Positions 36,011-49,318 of a stretch of 64,000 nt of DNA are shown here, one piece after another (position 1 is the first letter of the stretch; the number at the start of each line of letters is the position of its first letter). The DNA comes from Eledone cirrhosa (lineage: Eukaryota), in the NCBI GenBank assembly GCA_964016885.1, contig OZ024747.1, positions 77,996,001-78,060,000 on the forward strand, read 5' to 3'. Below the pieces are notes generated by a model. That model was not told where the DNA came from. It ran no database searches and was given only the letters and a program-made list of their open reading frames with translations. The translations under genes were made by a program, and so were the position numbers.

Positions 36011-36482
36011 TTTTTCTCTCCATTGCATCGTTAAGTTAAGAAATAAACGGAAATAATTAACGGGAATGGGAATGGATGTAAGTTGCTGAACAGGTTACGT
36101 GATAACCATCGTAGCATAGTTACTGGGAGAAGCTAAGGAGGGGGGGGGGGAGAAGAAGAAGAAGTTGATGATGATGATGATGATGGTGATAATAAGGTAT
36201 GAAGAGGAGGAGGGGAGGAGGAGGAGGAGGGAGGCAGAACGTAAGAGGTTTTGAAGTTCGACAAATAATCCCTTGTGTATATAAATTAGAAGAGTGGAGT
36301 GAGAGAGAGTGAGAGAGAGTGAGAGACAGAGTGTGTGAGATAGTGAGAGAGAGAGTGAATGAGGAAGAGAGAGAGTGGGCGAGCGAGAGAGAGAGAGTGA
36401 GAGTGGGAGAGTGAAAGAGTGAGAGTGTGAGAGAGAGAGAGTGAGCGAAAGAGAGAGAGAGAGAGAGAGTGAGAGAGAGAGA

Positions 36483-36562
<80 letters not shown>

Positions 36563-36744
36563 GTAGAAAATAGAGGGTGATGGAGGGAAGGGGAGGAGGG
36601 GTGATAGACCGAGATATTAAGTTAGAGAAGTTATTTGAAACACGATATCGAAATTTATGGAGGATTGATAGGAATTTAGCTAAAGACACACACACGCACC
36701 CACACACACACACACACCCATACACACACACACACACACACAGA

Positions 36745-36823
<79 letters not shown>

Positions 36824-37402
36824 CTGTTTGTTTACAAACAAACCGAGCATTATAATAAATGTTTGGTAAACCCATACGTATATATATATATGTGTGCATG
36901 TATGTATATATATACATACTACTGTACGTCTGTATACATATATGTATGTACGTATGTACGTATACATACTTACATTTAAGTATCAGCCGTACTAAGAGTG
37001 GGAAATGAAAGTTCATTTCATTCTTTTCCATGTTATCACTTTCGGTACGCCCCGACGACTAACTCACTCGATATGCAAATTAGGCTGCTCAGCCGTTAAT
37101 ATGCATAAGGAAAGTATATACTTTCAAACGTTCAATCATCTGACAGGAAGGTATACGATGCTGACGATAGCTAATAAGCTTGAAACTAGTTCATTGTTCT
37201 TGGTCAGTGTTGAACAAAAGGGCGACGATGGTTGCCTAACACTGTACGGCTTAATTCGGGCTGTTTGTTTACAAACAAACCGAGCATTATAATAAATGTT
37301 CGGTAAACCCATACGTACATATATATATATATGTGTTTATGTATATATATATACATACTACTGTACGTCTGTATACATATATGTATGTACGTATACATAC
37401 TT

Positions 37403-37472
<70 letters not shown>

Positions 37473-37931
37473 TAATTAAAATAACAGGAGGCCAGATTGA
37501 TGAAGTTTTATTGTTGCAAAAACACTATCTATTTCAATGGCCAGGTTAAGTAAGACACTGGCGACATCATCAGGTTAGGATTGCATAAATATTTGTGCAG
37601 ATTGCATAATTAGTTAATCAATAAAGGAATTACAGCAAACAAATAGTTTGTGTTTGCCGTAATTCCTATATTGATTAGCTAATTGTGCAATCCGCGCTTG
37701 ATGATGTCGCCAGGGTCTTATTTTAATCGAACTAATATTTAAGTCCATTCTTGCGCCAGTCACGGGATTCAACTAGAGACAGTTGCTTCTGGCAGGACCC
37801 ACTGGAAAAGTAGGGTGAGGACTCAGATACCACGACCTTTCAGGAAGAAGAAGAAGAAGAAGAAGAAGAAGAAGAAGAAGAAGAAGAAGAAGAAGAAGAA
37901 GAAGAAGAAGAAGAAGAAGAAGAAGAAGAAG

Positions 37932-37963
<32 letters not shown>

Positions 37964-37966
37964 GTG

Positions 37967-38027
<61 letters not shown>

Positions 38028-38080
38028 GATAGCAAAAACCTTCCATCATAATTATATGTAAGAAGAGAGAGCGGAAGAGG

Positions 38081-38121
<41 letters not shown>

Positions 38122-38122
38122 G

Positions 38123-38189
<67 letters not shown>

Positions 38190-38281
38190 GAGAGAGGGAG
38201 AGAGACAGACAGACAGACAGATAGGGGCAGACAGAGACAGACAGATATAGCTAGCTATCCAGCTAGATAGATATATAGATA

Positions 38282-38665
38282 TATTTCTTTTATTTGCCAC
38301 TAGGGCATCAAAAGTGGGACAAGTACAAAGGGGGGAGTTTACACAAAAAGGCGTCCTCAATAAGGAGGAGGCAATAACAAAATATAAAAATAAAATAAGA
38401 TATAACAAAAAATAAAATTTTTAACAAAATCCTCAATAGAGAGGAGGCGCCTTGGGGGGTCGCACACACCCCCGAAAAAAGTGTGCAACCCTTCTCCTCA
38501 GGAGCACAGAGAAGGGGTGCTCCCTTGGTCTTTCATCTTCCTCACCTATAGTCTGATGTAGAGTGAAGGCCCATTCACACGGGCCATTCTCGCCACTTTC
38601 ACCCATCTTTCATAGAAACGGCTGGGGTGCAGCACCTCTCTCTCCATCCTGATCCTTCTTCCGAA
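38282..38665 (-). mobile_element. 3' fragment of a sister Tx1-like family in a (TAGA)-type tract, with 13-bp TSD
   Basis: Minus translation RRIRMEREVLHPSRFYERWVKVARMARVNGPSLYIRL* matches the ORF2 C-terminus of the intact element. AGATATATAGATA at 38269-38281 and 38666-38678. Confidence 0.85.
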
Positions 38666-39037
38666 AGATATATAGATAGACAGACAGATAGACAGGCAGT
38701 CAGTCAGACTGGCAGACAGTCAATTAGACAGATAGACAGTCAGACAGACAGACAGATAGATAGAACAAAGTCATCGTAATTCAGCGCAGATTCGTTTGAT
38801 AATGATTAAAGAAAATATGACAAGAGATTATTCTAATCAATTTTAATGAATATAAAATAAAACACGGGATGGCCGGAGTGAGAGGAAGAAGATCAAAGAA
38901 AGTTGAGAATTCAAGCATCTTTACATAGAATGTAAAAATTAAACATATTTTTAAACTATAAATCCCGTCATTTTTTACGGGTACTATGCTAGTAGATTTA
39001 TATATTTATTCATATCTCTATTTCTTTCTCTCTTTCG

Positions 39038-39104
<67 letters not shown>

Positions 39105-39209
39105 TCTCGCTCTCTCTCTTTCCCTTTTCCTCTCTCTCTTCTTACATATAATTATGATGGATATTTAGAATAAATATTCTATATATATATATATATATAT
39201 CATAAAAAA

Positions 39210-39247
<38 letters not shown>

Positions 39248-39302
39248 TATATAAAATAAAGTTAAATAAAAGTCAAATGATTAAAATTTAGCTTCGTTTA
39301 TT

Positions 39303-39357
39303 ACTGCTATATATATTTCAGTGACAGCCATCTTTGGCTGTGACCTCTTCAGGCAGT
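39303..39357 (-). ncRNA. Minimal type I hammerhead ribozyme
   Basis: ACTGC-CTGAAGA-GGTCACAGCCA-aaga-TGGCTGTCACT-GAAA-TATATA-TA-GCAGT. Perfect 5-bp helix I, 11-bp helix II (one mismatch), palindromic helix III. Confidence 0.85.
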
Positions 39358-39821
39358 TTGAATTAGTATGGTATAGACAAGTACATATGTTGTTTAGGTG
39401 TATGATATTGTCAATACTCTGATATGCCCAGTTCCTTGTTGGGTTGTTAATTCACTGGGGAACTGGAGTCATATGAATTCAAACAAACGAATTTTCGTGT
39501 CACAGGTCCCCTTCTCCTCTCATTGGTCAGTTATTAGAACATTCCTCATTCTAAGTGTTGTTATTGTTGGAGTTAGCTTAAAAATTGATAAAATGGTAGA
39601 AGGGACAAGGTGTTAAAGGAACAAAATATAAAAAAAAGTGTCAAACTTCCCATTGTTCAGTTCTAAGAGCATTCCTCAGTCAGAAGTCTATAGAATTCTT
39701 TCTGTGGTGAGGCTCCCTGTAGTGTTTTTGCCTGCTATTGTTCAGTACATTTGACCTCCACCATTATTTTGGTACTGTTGTTGTTGTAGTGGTCAGCTTA
39801 TATACAGTATATATATATATA

Positions 39822-40240
39822 TATATTTCGTTTCTGAATTTGTTTAGCAAGATTCTTTATCTGAAATCGTGTGTTGAAACCGATATTGTTATACTTTGGG
39901 AGGGTCATGTTGCCAATAAGAAACACACGCACCAGTTGCTTTCACTTCAAATTATTATATATTTATAAATTTATAAATTTACAAATCCACAAACTTATAA
40001 ATTTCTGGTTTGTTGGTTGGTTCCACAACCAGATAGTTGTTTATATATAGTCATAGTCCTTTCGTCACACACTCTGTGACCTCTTCAGTGACTGGGGATT
40101 CCTTTCTTTGTTTCTGTGCCTTTCCTTTCTTCTATCCTACGCCATTTTGTTTCTGTGTGTGTGTTGTGTGCTCAGTTTGCGCATGCGCCACATCCGGGTG
40201 TCTGTGTGTGTTTGTGTTCATTTATCTATTTGTTTATTTA

Positions 40241-40245
<5 letters not shown>
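39822..40245 (-). mobile_element. Solo Penelope pseudo-LTR (same family as 2366-2790) with hammerhead at 40049-40093
   Basis: Near-identical to 2366-2790. HHR reads AGTCA-CTGAAGA..GAAA-GGAC-TA-TGACT. Flanked by (AT)n. Confidence 0.88.
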
Positions 40246-40317
<72 letters not shown>

Positions 40318-40362
40318 GTGACGTGGTTGCCTAAACACTGTACGCCTATATATAGGCGTGAA

Positions 40363-40572
40363 GGCGTGTGGCTGAGTGGCTAGAGAATTGGATTCGCAAT
40401 CGTAAGGTTGTGAGTTCGATTCTTGGACCAGGCGATGCGTTATGTCCTTAGGCAAGACACTTTATTTCACGTTGCTCCTTCTACCTGGAGTTGCGACCGA
40501 TAGATAGTATTAGCAATTGGAAAGACCGACGGAAACATTGTTCCCTCGGTCCGATTTGACGAAAGTCGATCG
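40363..40572 (+). mobile_element. Family B tRNA-derived SINE
   Basis: GGCGTGTGGCTGAGTGG..GAGTTCGATTC..GCAAGACACTTTATTTCAC. Confidence 0.8.
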
Positions 40573-40599
40573 TTCCTTATACATATATAACAAAGAAAG

Positions 40600-40900
40600 T
40601 GTGGTAAGAAACCATGTGGACCATAACGCACCAGAGTACTCGATACTTGGGTAGTAGAGTGGGTAATAGGAAAAGAGTCAGGACCCCGACGGCTGAGCTC
40701 CGGCCGTTTCTACAGCTAGTTCGGATCTAGTTGTCGAAACGGCCGGAGCTCAGCCGTCGGTGTCCTCACTCAAAGATTTCGAGAGGCTCGATGTCACCTT
40801 GGAGGGTGCAGAGAGGCTGGCTCGGGACCGCCAGAGATGGATGGCACTGGTAGACCAGTTCGGCTCTAGGAACGATGATATCTCTGGATCACAGACCTAA
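40600..40900 (+). mobile_element. Degenerate RTE 3' fragment containing a hairpin insert
   Basis: GNRKR.. before, and KDFERLDVTLEGAERLARDRQRWMALVD after, a ~95-bp inverted repeat. Confidence 0.5.
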
Positions 40901-42105
40901 GATTCCCTAGTCTCATTGAGTAAGAGCAAGAAGAAAAAGAAGATTATATTCGTATCTTATTACTCCCTGCTTAGAATAAAAGTCTGCAGAGTCGTTATGA
41001 CAGCGGATTTAGAATGTTTTCGTTTTTGTACCAGATCATTGAGATCTGGATTCAAATCTTGACGAGGTAAACTTTGCCTGTCATCATTTCGAAGTCGATA
41101 AATAAGGTACCAATACTGAGATCGATCCTTCTTCTTTCTATGGAAGAAATCGATTATGTTCCGATCTGAAGAGGGATGGGATCTGCCAGGTTTAAAATAT
41201 CCAAGACACGTCGTATGTCGGAACGATGCCTCTACGATTTCATAAGGAGTTAAGGATCCTTTATCTACTTATACAAAATATTTACCAGTTTCCCAAGGTT
41301 AAGATTTCGATCTTCAAAACCAAGAGTAGCTTCTTTAAAAACATCTCCTGCCCTAGTACACATCCTGACTGAATACTCACTCAGAACTATGCTTCTATAT
41401 AATTAGCATTCTACATCCTGTTACTCTTTTATTAATTGTGCAAGCAATTATATTTTGTAGCTGAGCTCAGAGAAACCCCATTTCATTATATACAAGAAGA
41501 TTATAAATTTTAATATTATCTTCTTTTATCCGAGAACGATAGTGTTGACTAAGATATGGGAGCGCAACAATTATATCGTTTCTCACGGTTCTAAATTTAA
41601 AATCTTACGCCAATATTATGTTGTGATATGTCCTTAATCAACTGCGACACACGAATTAAAGTACTTAAGCCTAGATCTTATCATGTCGACTGCACCAACT
41701 TAGTTACATCTAAATTGCCGAGTTTCACTTTGCTCTAATTAGATACAGATTTTTTTCGTCTCTAAAGCTTAAAATAAGTTCCAGTAATAGATGGAAGTGC
41801 AGAATATAAATAACCAATTTGAGAAGAGTGTATTTGTTGACAGAGGACTAGACAACTAGCAGAGAAGTCAACTGTTCATGCCAATTCGTGTCTATGGCTA
41901 ACTTTAATTATCAAAAAGGCAGGTGCAATTAGCTATAAGTAGGAACCACAGCATGTTGTAGCTCGCCAATGTAAATAATTACAGAATTAGGGCTTTGAGG
42001 AACGTTCGTTAATCTCCAGTACTGAGCTCACTCAATTCATATCTCGAAAAAAAAAAAGACTACGAGAGATTAATTTCCTATTAATCCAGAATGTAGCAGG
42101 GGTAG

Positions 42106-42173
<68 letters not shown>

Positions 42174-42177
<4 letters not shown>

Positions 42178-42301
42178 TTAATATAGATGAGATTCTACAC
42201 GACTAGAACTGTTTCATTCTTTAAAAATCATCAGGAATTCCTGATGATTTCTAAAGAATGAAACAGTTCTAGTCCTGTAGAATCTCATCTATATTAAAAC
42301 T
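42174..42301. repeat. 128-bp near-perfect palindrome (2 mismatches, no loop)
   Basis: Arms 42174-42237 / 42238-42301 centred on GAATTC. Each arm carries CTGATGA..GAAAC. Confidence 0.9.
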
Positions 42302-42370
42302 TTTATACTCTGCTATGTATTGAGTACCTTACTTACTGTGGTTACCTCCGATTCAACCCGGAATAACTTA

Positions 42371-42449
<79 letters not shown>

Positions 42450-42929
42450 CTTAAAGCTGCTGAAGCTGCTGACTCCACGATGGACCTTTCAGATTAATAT
42501 AAAGTTTAAAACAATACGCGGAGATTTAATTAAGTATACACATTTCTGTACAACATTTGTCCTTATATCTGGTCAAAATTATATTTTATATTATTCCTCA
42601 GTCAACATACTAAATATTACTACTTTCTAGATTTTTAATTATTTTACAAATTTGAAGTTATTACGTACACTTTTAGTTATTTTAAACTGCCTGTCTTTTA
42701 AATTATCATACAAATGTTTGATGACCAACCTATTTCAGACATATTTTGTATAGAATTGCATTCTTTTATATATCTTTGCATTATTGTAAGATGACAGAGT
42801 GATCCAAGGGAGATTTGACAGCTATTTTTAGTAAATCAAACCAATTTTTTAAAATGGCAGAGTGATCCAAGGAAGACTTGACAGCTATTTTTAGTAGATC
42901 GAACCATCACATAAGTGTTCTACTAATTA

Positions 42930-43355
42930 ATTGTTTCTACCTTTGGCACAAGGCCAGCAATTACCCAGTACATTACTGGTACTTTATTTTATCGACCCCG
43001 TAAGGATGAAAGGCAAAGTTAACCTCGACGGGATTTGAACTCAGACCGTAAAGGGACGTAACTATGCTGGAAAGCATGGCATCCGACCCTCTACTGATAC
43101 TGCCATTTCACTTCTTTACTAGTGTTCTACTAATTAATGGTTTCTTATATAGGCACAAGGCCAGCAATTTTGGAGGAGGGGAAAGTCGATTTAATCGACC
43201 CCAGTGCGTGACTGGTACTTTATTTTATCGACCACGTAAGGACGAAAGGCAAAGTGAACCTCGGCGGTATTTGAACTCAGACCATAAAGGGGCGTAACTC
43301 TATACTGCAAAGCATGGTGTCCGACTCTCTACCGATACTGCCAATCCCCCGCCCT
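42930..43355 (-). mobile_element. Two tandem family A SINEs with repeated TTCTACTAATTAAT target
   Basis: SINE motifs. Spacer (G)T(G/A)TTCTACTAATTAAT occurs before, between and after the copies. Confidence 0.8.
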
Positions 43356-43735
43356 TAGTATTCTACTAATTAATGCGAACTGATGTTGAGCTTAGGGTTG
43401 AAAATGCTTTCGCGATCGTAGTTTCCTGAGAGCCTACCTGCCATTTTACCTCTCATTCTATTGTGGTCACAACAGCGTTCGCCAAATGTTTACAGAATAT
43501 CAAGTTGCGATGTAATTCATAAGATACCAGTGTACTGACGAGTTTGAGATAAGCAGTGAGACAGGCAGAAATAGTGTAACACAGGTATCTGGTTTTACTT
43601 AAACAATATAAACTGTTGAGACGAAATAACTGAGTTAATACGGTTATTGAATTCCTACTTGATGTGCTGGAGCAAGTAGACTACATTTTGTGTTTCATTG
43701 CGTCTTTAGAGGGGAATGTGTTATCATGAGAAAGT

Positions 43736-43866
<131 letters not shown>

Positions 43867-44082
43867 GGTAATTCCGAAGGAAAAGTAAAGGAAAAAAGAG
43901 TGCTCTATGTATAGAACAGAGCTATTTAATTAGAAAGTGAACAACACAAAATATAACTACGACAGAGATGTCTGACGACCAATCCTGACGTATATTATTA
44001 TTGTCTGGGATCCAGAAACCTTTGGTATTGGAGTAGTTATATTTTGTGTTGTTCACTTTCTAAATATATATATATTTATACA

Positions 44083-44169
<87 letters not shown>

Positions 44170-45202
44170 AAAGCTTGTCGAAACCTCATAAATGTGTATA
44201 TAAATTTATGCATTTTTAGTATATAGACATGTCAACATGCAAAATATACATATATCCGTGTAAACTAAAAAAGTTATAAACATCTTTAATTGATTTTCTA
44301 ACTTATTTGGGATCTTGTCAAAAGGTAGGTACATCATCTAAACAGCCACAGAAAATAAGTATATTTGATATATTTTCATGTCATTCTATCCGACGTTCTA
44401 ATAACTCTGCCAATTCACTGCCTAACGTAAAGCTATACTTTGCTAATATTGTCCAAATAAAGCAAAAATATGTGCGAAGTTATCTTTCGTATTTGCCGGG
44501 AAAATGAGAAACGCGTAACAGTCATCAACTAAATTTTGTTTTCTTTCTTAACGTGTATTTTATTCAACATTAGTTGTTATATTCTCTATAAATATACTGA
44601 CACTCACTAAATAACTGCTTTGTTTTTTGGACTTGGGATCTTTTTTTTTTTTTTTCGTATTTCATGCGTATGGCATTTCAGGATTTCTTAATGCTAATAA
44701 TAAATTGCAATGATAGACTTATCTTTTATACATTAAATTTTACAGAAGCTGGAATTGAATGTCCTACATTTTTTTTAGACGAGTGAATGTATTCCAATAG
44801 ATTTATTTATACACACATTTACAATTATAACTTATATAAATTGTATTCAACAAGCAAACGGTATATAATACAAAAAAAAAAGAGGAAAATAATTGTTTCT
44901 ACTTTTGGCACAAGCCCAGCAATTACCCCAGTGCATTACTGGTACTTTTTTTTATCAACCCCTTGTGCTGTTATTGTTGTTGTTTATGATGTATTTTATC
45001 TTATCTTTCAAGCCACCCTATAAGACCTTAAACCACCTCGGTCCTCTATCTTAAATAATCTATACCAAAACATTACCCTCGGGTTATCTAGCATCTCAAA
45101 CGATGAAATATATATTTTATAATGGAGCAGATCAGTATAACAAGACTGTTCTGGGGTGGCTTTGAGAGCGAGATAGAATACAACAAAGAATAGTACTAGA
45201 GT

Positions 45203-45605
45203 AGTGGATTGGCAGTATCGGTAAAGCGTCGGGCACCATGCTTCGTGGCATAGAGTTACGACCCTTTACGTTCTGAGTTCAAATTCCACCGAGCTTAGCT
45301 TTGCTTTCGATCCTTACGGGGTTGATAAAATAAAGTACCAGTAATGCACTGGGGTCGATTTAATCGACTTACCTCTTCCCCCAAAATTGCTGTCTTTGTG
45401 ACTATAGTAGAAATCATTTGGTTGTATCGGTAGAGCGTCAGGCACCATGCTCTGCAGCATAGAGTTATGACCTTTTGCGCTCTGAGTTCAAATCTGCTGA
45501 GGTTAACTTTACCTTTTAAACTTACGGAGTAGATAAAATAAAGCACCAGTAATGTACTGGGGTAATTACTGGCCTTGTGCCAAACGTAGAAACATTATAA
45601 TTATT
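45203..45605 (+). mobile_element. Two tandem family A SINEs ending in (ATT)n
   Basis: SINE head, core and tail twice; ends AGAAACATTATAATTATTATTAT. Confidence 0.8.
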
Positions 45606-46047
45606 ATTATGCACTGTCTGTAAGAATACACAGACCACTGCACAAAATTCATTTGAGTGTTTCGTTGATCAACTTTACCATTTTTCCCCTTCCGCTATTT
45701 CATAAACATTATTTATGACATCACATATACTGGTCATCAGATAATGATGGTGTTTATCGGATAATTATCATACAGACCATCAGATAAAACTATATTCCTT
45801 AATCTTACCAATTTTAAGACGGAAGTACTCTGGCTTCTGAAATAAACTCTAAAACAGCACTTCAACACTTCAAGATTGTCACAAGTGGCAGAGAATAACC
45901 GGGGTTTGTCGATCTACCAAATTTTCTTCCTTGTTTCAGTTTTCGGTTGATGATAATTTCAAGAAGGCTGTGACGTCACAGAACCTCGTAACAGAAAGCT
46001 GGATAAAGGATAGAATACTTTGTTATGTTCTCTCTCTCTCCCCCTCC

Positions 46048-46094
<47 letters not shown>

Positions 46095-46407
46095 TCTCTC
46101 TCTCTCTCTCCATGGAAGAAATTGACTACGTTCAAACCTGGAGTGTGATGAGCTCCACCAGGTTTAACCCTTTAGCATTTACATTACTCACGGTAAAGGC
46201 TTTACCTCACCTAATTAATTATCTCACATAATATCGAATCTATGAGATTTTGATATCATTTCTTTGAGAACAATACCTTAACATTAGTATGAGTGGCCAA
46301 TTACAGGCAGTTTGAACAAAAAGAGATGTATGTCTTCATGTATGTATACATATATGTGTATGTATATATACATATGTGTGTTATAGACATATATACGAGT
46401 GACCATA

Positions 46408-48691
46408 CTCAGACTCAGACTCAGAAACTCCCGCGTCTTGCGACGCATGAGGCAATCTTAGTGTTCCATCGCGTTCGGTCAGCAGCCAGCTGCAATAGCG
46501 TCCCGCCATTGTCTGTTTGTCGCTCGCAGGTCCCTCTCAACTGTCTGGCGCCAGTTCATATTGGGTCGCCCTCTCCGTCTGCTTCTCTGCGGGCTCCATT
46601 TAAGTACTTGGTTCGCCAGTCTCTCCGGGGGAAGTCTCAAAGCGTGTCCAAACCAGCCCAGGCGTCGCTTGCAGATGGTAGAAGAGACTAGCTGCTGGTT
46701 GGTGCGGTTCCTGACTTCCTGGTTTGTTACATGGTCACTCTATTTAATCCCCAGGATCTTTCGCAGACATCTGGAATCGAATGCGTCCAACTTCTTCTCT
46801 TGGCTGGTCTTAAGGTGCCATGTTTCACTTCCGTACAAGAGTGTGGACAGCACGTTGCTGTTGTAGAATCTCGTCTTTGTTTTGAGGGTGAACTTCCTGC
46901 TCTTCCAGATCTTGTCAAGCTGGTTAAATGCTGCTGAAGCTTTTCCCATTCTACATTGCAGTTCACTGTCCATGGTGCCCTCATTGATAATGGAGCTTCC
47001 TAGGTAGGTGAAGTTGTCCACTATCTCCACCTCCCCTGTTCAATGAAGACACTAGTTGGTGATGGGTGTGTCCCAGATAACATGCTTTTGGTCTTCTTGG
47101 CACTGATATTGAGACCTAAGCTTCCTGCTTCGACACTGATATTGTTCACAATGATTTGCAGGTCAGCTGTGCTCTCTGCAAGTGCAGCAATATCGTCCGC
47201 AAAATCCAGGTCAGACAACTTGTGCTCTCCCACCCAATATATACCCTGGTCTTTAGACGCTCTTCTTAGTACCCAGTCAATGACTATAGCAAAGAGAATT
47301 GGAGAGAGCGAGCAACCTTGACGCACGCCAGTAACCACTTCAAACCAGTCACTGTAACCATCCTCTGTCCGTATGCAGCACTTGGAGTTTGCGTAAATCT
47401 GTTTGATTGCCGAAATGACTTTCTGGGGCAGACCATACTCATGCATGATGCTCCAGAGCGACAGTCGATGAATGCTATCGAATGCTTTGGAGAAATAGAT
47501 GAAGCTGATGGCGAGGGACCTCTGGAATTCGTTGTACCTCTCAATGATGCGGCGTAACGTAAAGATCTGCTCTGCACAGGAACGTTTTGTTCGGAACCCT
47601 GCCTGTTGTTCTCGCAGTTCCCGGTCTACCATGCCACGCATGCGGTTCAGGATCACTAGACAATAGACCTTCCCTGATATGGAGAGAAGTGTCACTCCCC
47701 TCCAGTTGTCACAATCGGCAAGGTTGCCCTTCTTAGGGATACAGACAACCGCTCCGTTTTTCCAGTCTTCTGGGACTTCACCCGTGTTCCACACAAGATT
47801 ACATAAGTGGCCCATTCACTTGACCTTGACCATGCTTTCGCCTCCTGACTTCAGCATTTCAGCAGAAATGCCATCCATACCTGGTGACTTGTTATTCTTA
47901 AGGGTTTTGATGGCCATGCGGACTTCCTTCTCGGTGAAGTCATCAGTATTGATAGGTAACAAACTAGTAGGTTCCTTAGGGCCTGCTGGCATACATGGCT
48001 CCGGTCGGTTGAGCACTTACTTGAAATGTTCAGCCCATCTGACTAACTTTTCTTTACCCTTGGAAAGCAGCGTACCATCTTTCGCTTTCACCGGGCCTGA
48101 GTTAGCTCTAGAGCTGCCGGTGATTTTCTTGACAATTTGGTACACAGAACGCATGTCAATGCGAGCCGCAGCTGCTTCTGCCTCCTCTGCCTTACTCTCA
48201 AGCCACATTCGTTTGTCCTTTTGGGCGCTACGTTTCACCTCCTTGTCCTTCTCAATATACTGCTGATATACTTTGATGGCCTCTGGGGTAGTGGCATGCC
48301 TCTGTTGGTGTAGGGCTTTCCTTTCATTAATCAGCTGCCAGGTGTTGTCGCTGACCCAAGCTTCTCTGAGGGACTTCCTGTTGCCCAAGATTTCTTCCCC
48401 TGCAGCTTCCATGGTCTTCTTCATTTCCTCCCACCAATTGACCGAGCCTGGTGCAGACTCCTCAAGGACAGCAAATCAGTTCCTCAAAGCAGCTTCGAAC
48501 TGTGCTTCTGTGTCACCGTTCTTCAGCTTTGTAGTGTCAAAACGCCTTGTAGTGAGTGCTCTCTTCTTCTGCTTCCTCAGTGTGATTTTAAGTTTGGTAA
48601 CAGACAGATAGTGGTCACTGCAGACATCTGCGCCTCGGTAGACTCGAACGCCCTGCAGGCAAGGAGTTCTCCATCTTGGGCCGATTGCAAT
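46408..48691 (-). mobile_element. RTE-clade LINE, 5'-truncated and pseudogenised, (CTGAGT)n tail, 9-bp TSD
   Basis: End of APE (HIAIG..GADVCSDH), KSPGMDGI, IPKKGNLADCDNWRGVTLL, GVRQGCSLSP, FADD, LLYGSETW; several stops and frameshifts. GTGACCATA at 46399-46407 and 48692-48700. Confidence 0.92.
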
Positions 48692-48804
48692 GTGACCATA
48701 GATCAGTCAGATGTTAGAGTATATATATTTACATGTATGTGTAAATATATATATATATGCCTGTATGTTTGTATCTTTCTCTTTCTCTCATTCTCTCTCT
48801 CCTA

Positions 48805-48881
<77 letters not shown>

Positions 48882-48998
48882 CAAGGTTTAGCAAATAAGA
48901 AAAAGTTTCAAAATAAATTTTAAAACATTCACTGTACTCACTATGGTTACCGTTACCGAATCGGTTTCGAGTCTCAAAAAAAAAAAAAAAAAAAAAAA

Positions 48999-49051
<53 letters not shown>

Positions 49052-49074
49052 AAAAATGCATGATTTGTTCGTTA

Positions 49075-49318
49075 TCCAACCATCTTGCTCGGGATCTACC
49101 CTTGGGTTTCCTGTCGGTTGGTTTTGCCCGTAAAATCTTTCCTGAAATATTCTAACCACATGTCCATAGTATCAGAGCTGTGATCTCCCAATTCAGAGAA
49201 GTAGCGGCTCTACCTGGACTGACTCGCTGATCTCCGAGCTACACACTTTATCGAGTAACGTTACACCAAAGACCTTTCGGAGGAACCCCATTTCGGTCGC
49301 TTGTATTCGCAATCGTAT
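49075..49318 (-). mobile_element. Small RTE-type LINE fragment
   Basis: RIQATEMGFLRKVFGVTLLDKVCSSEISES..VEPLLL..RSQL..YGHVVR. Confidence 0.7.

Noticed and set aside
40363-40430. tRNA genes at SINE heads
   Set aside because: They have A/B boxes but no complete cloverleaf, and they continue into SINE bodies.
45930-46010. Acceptor-like TTTCAG and a TGACGTCA (CRE-site) motif
   Set aside because: Short motifs expected by chance; no gene context to support them.
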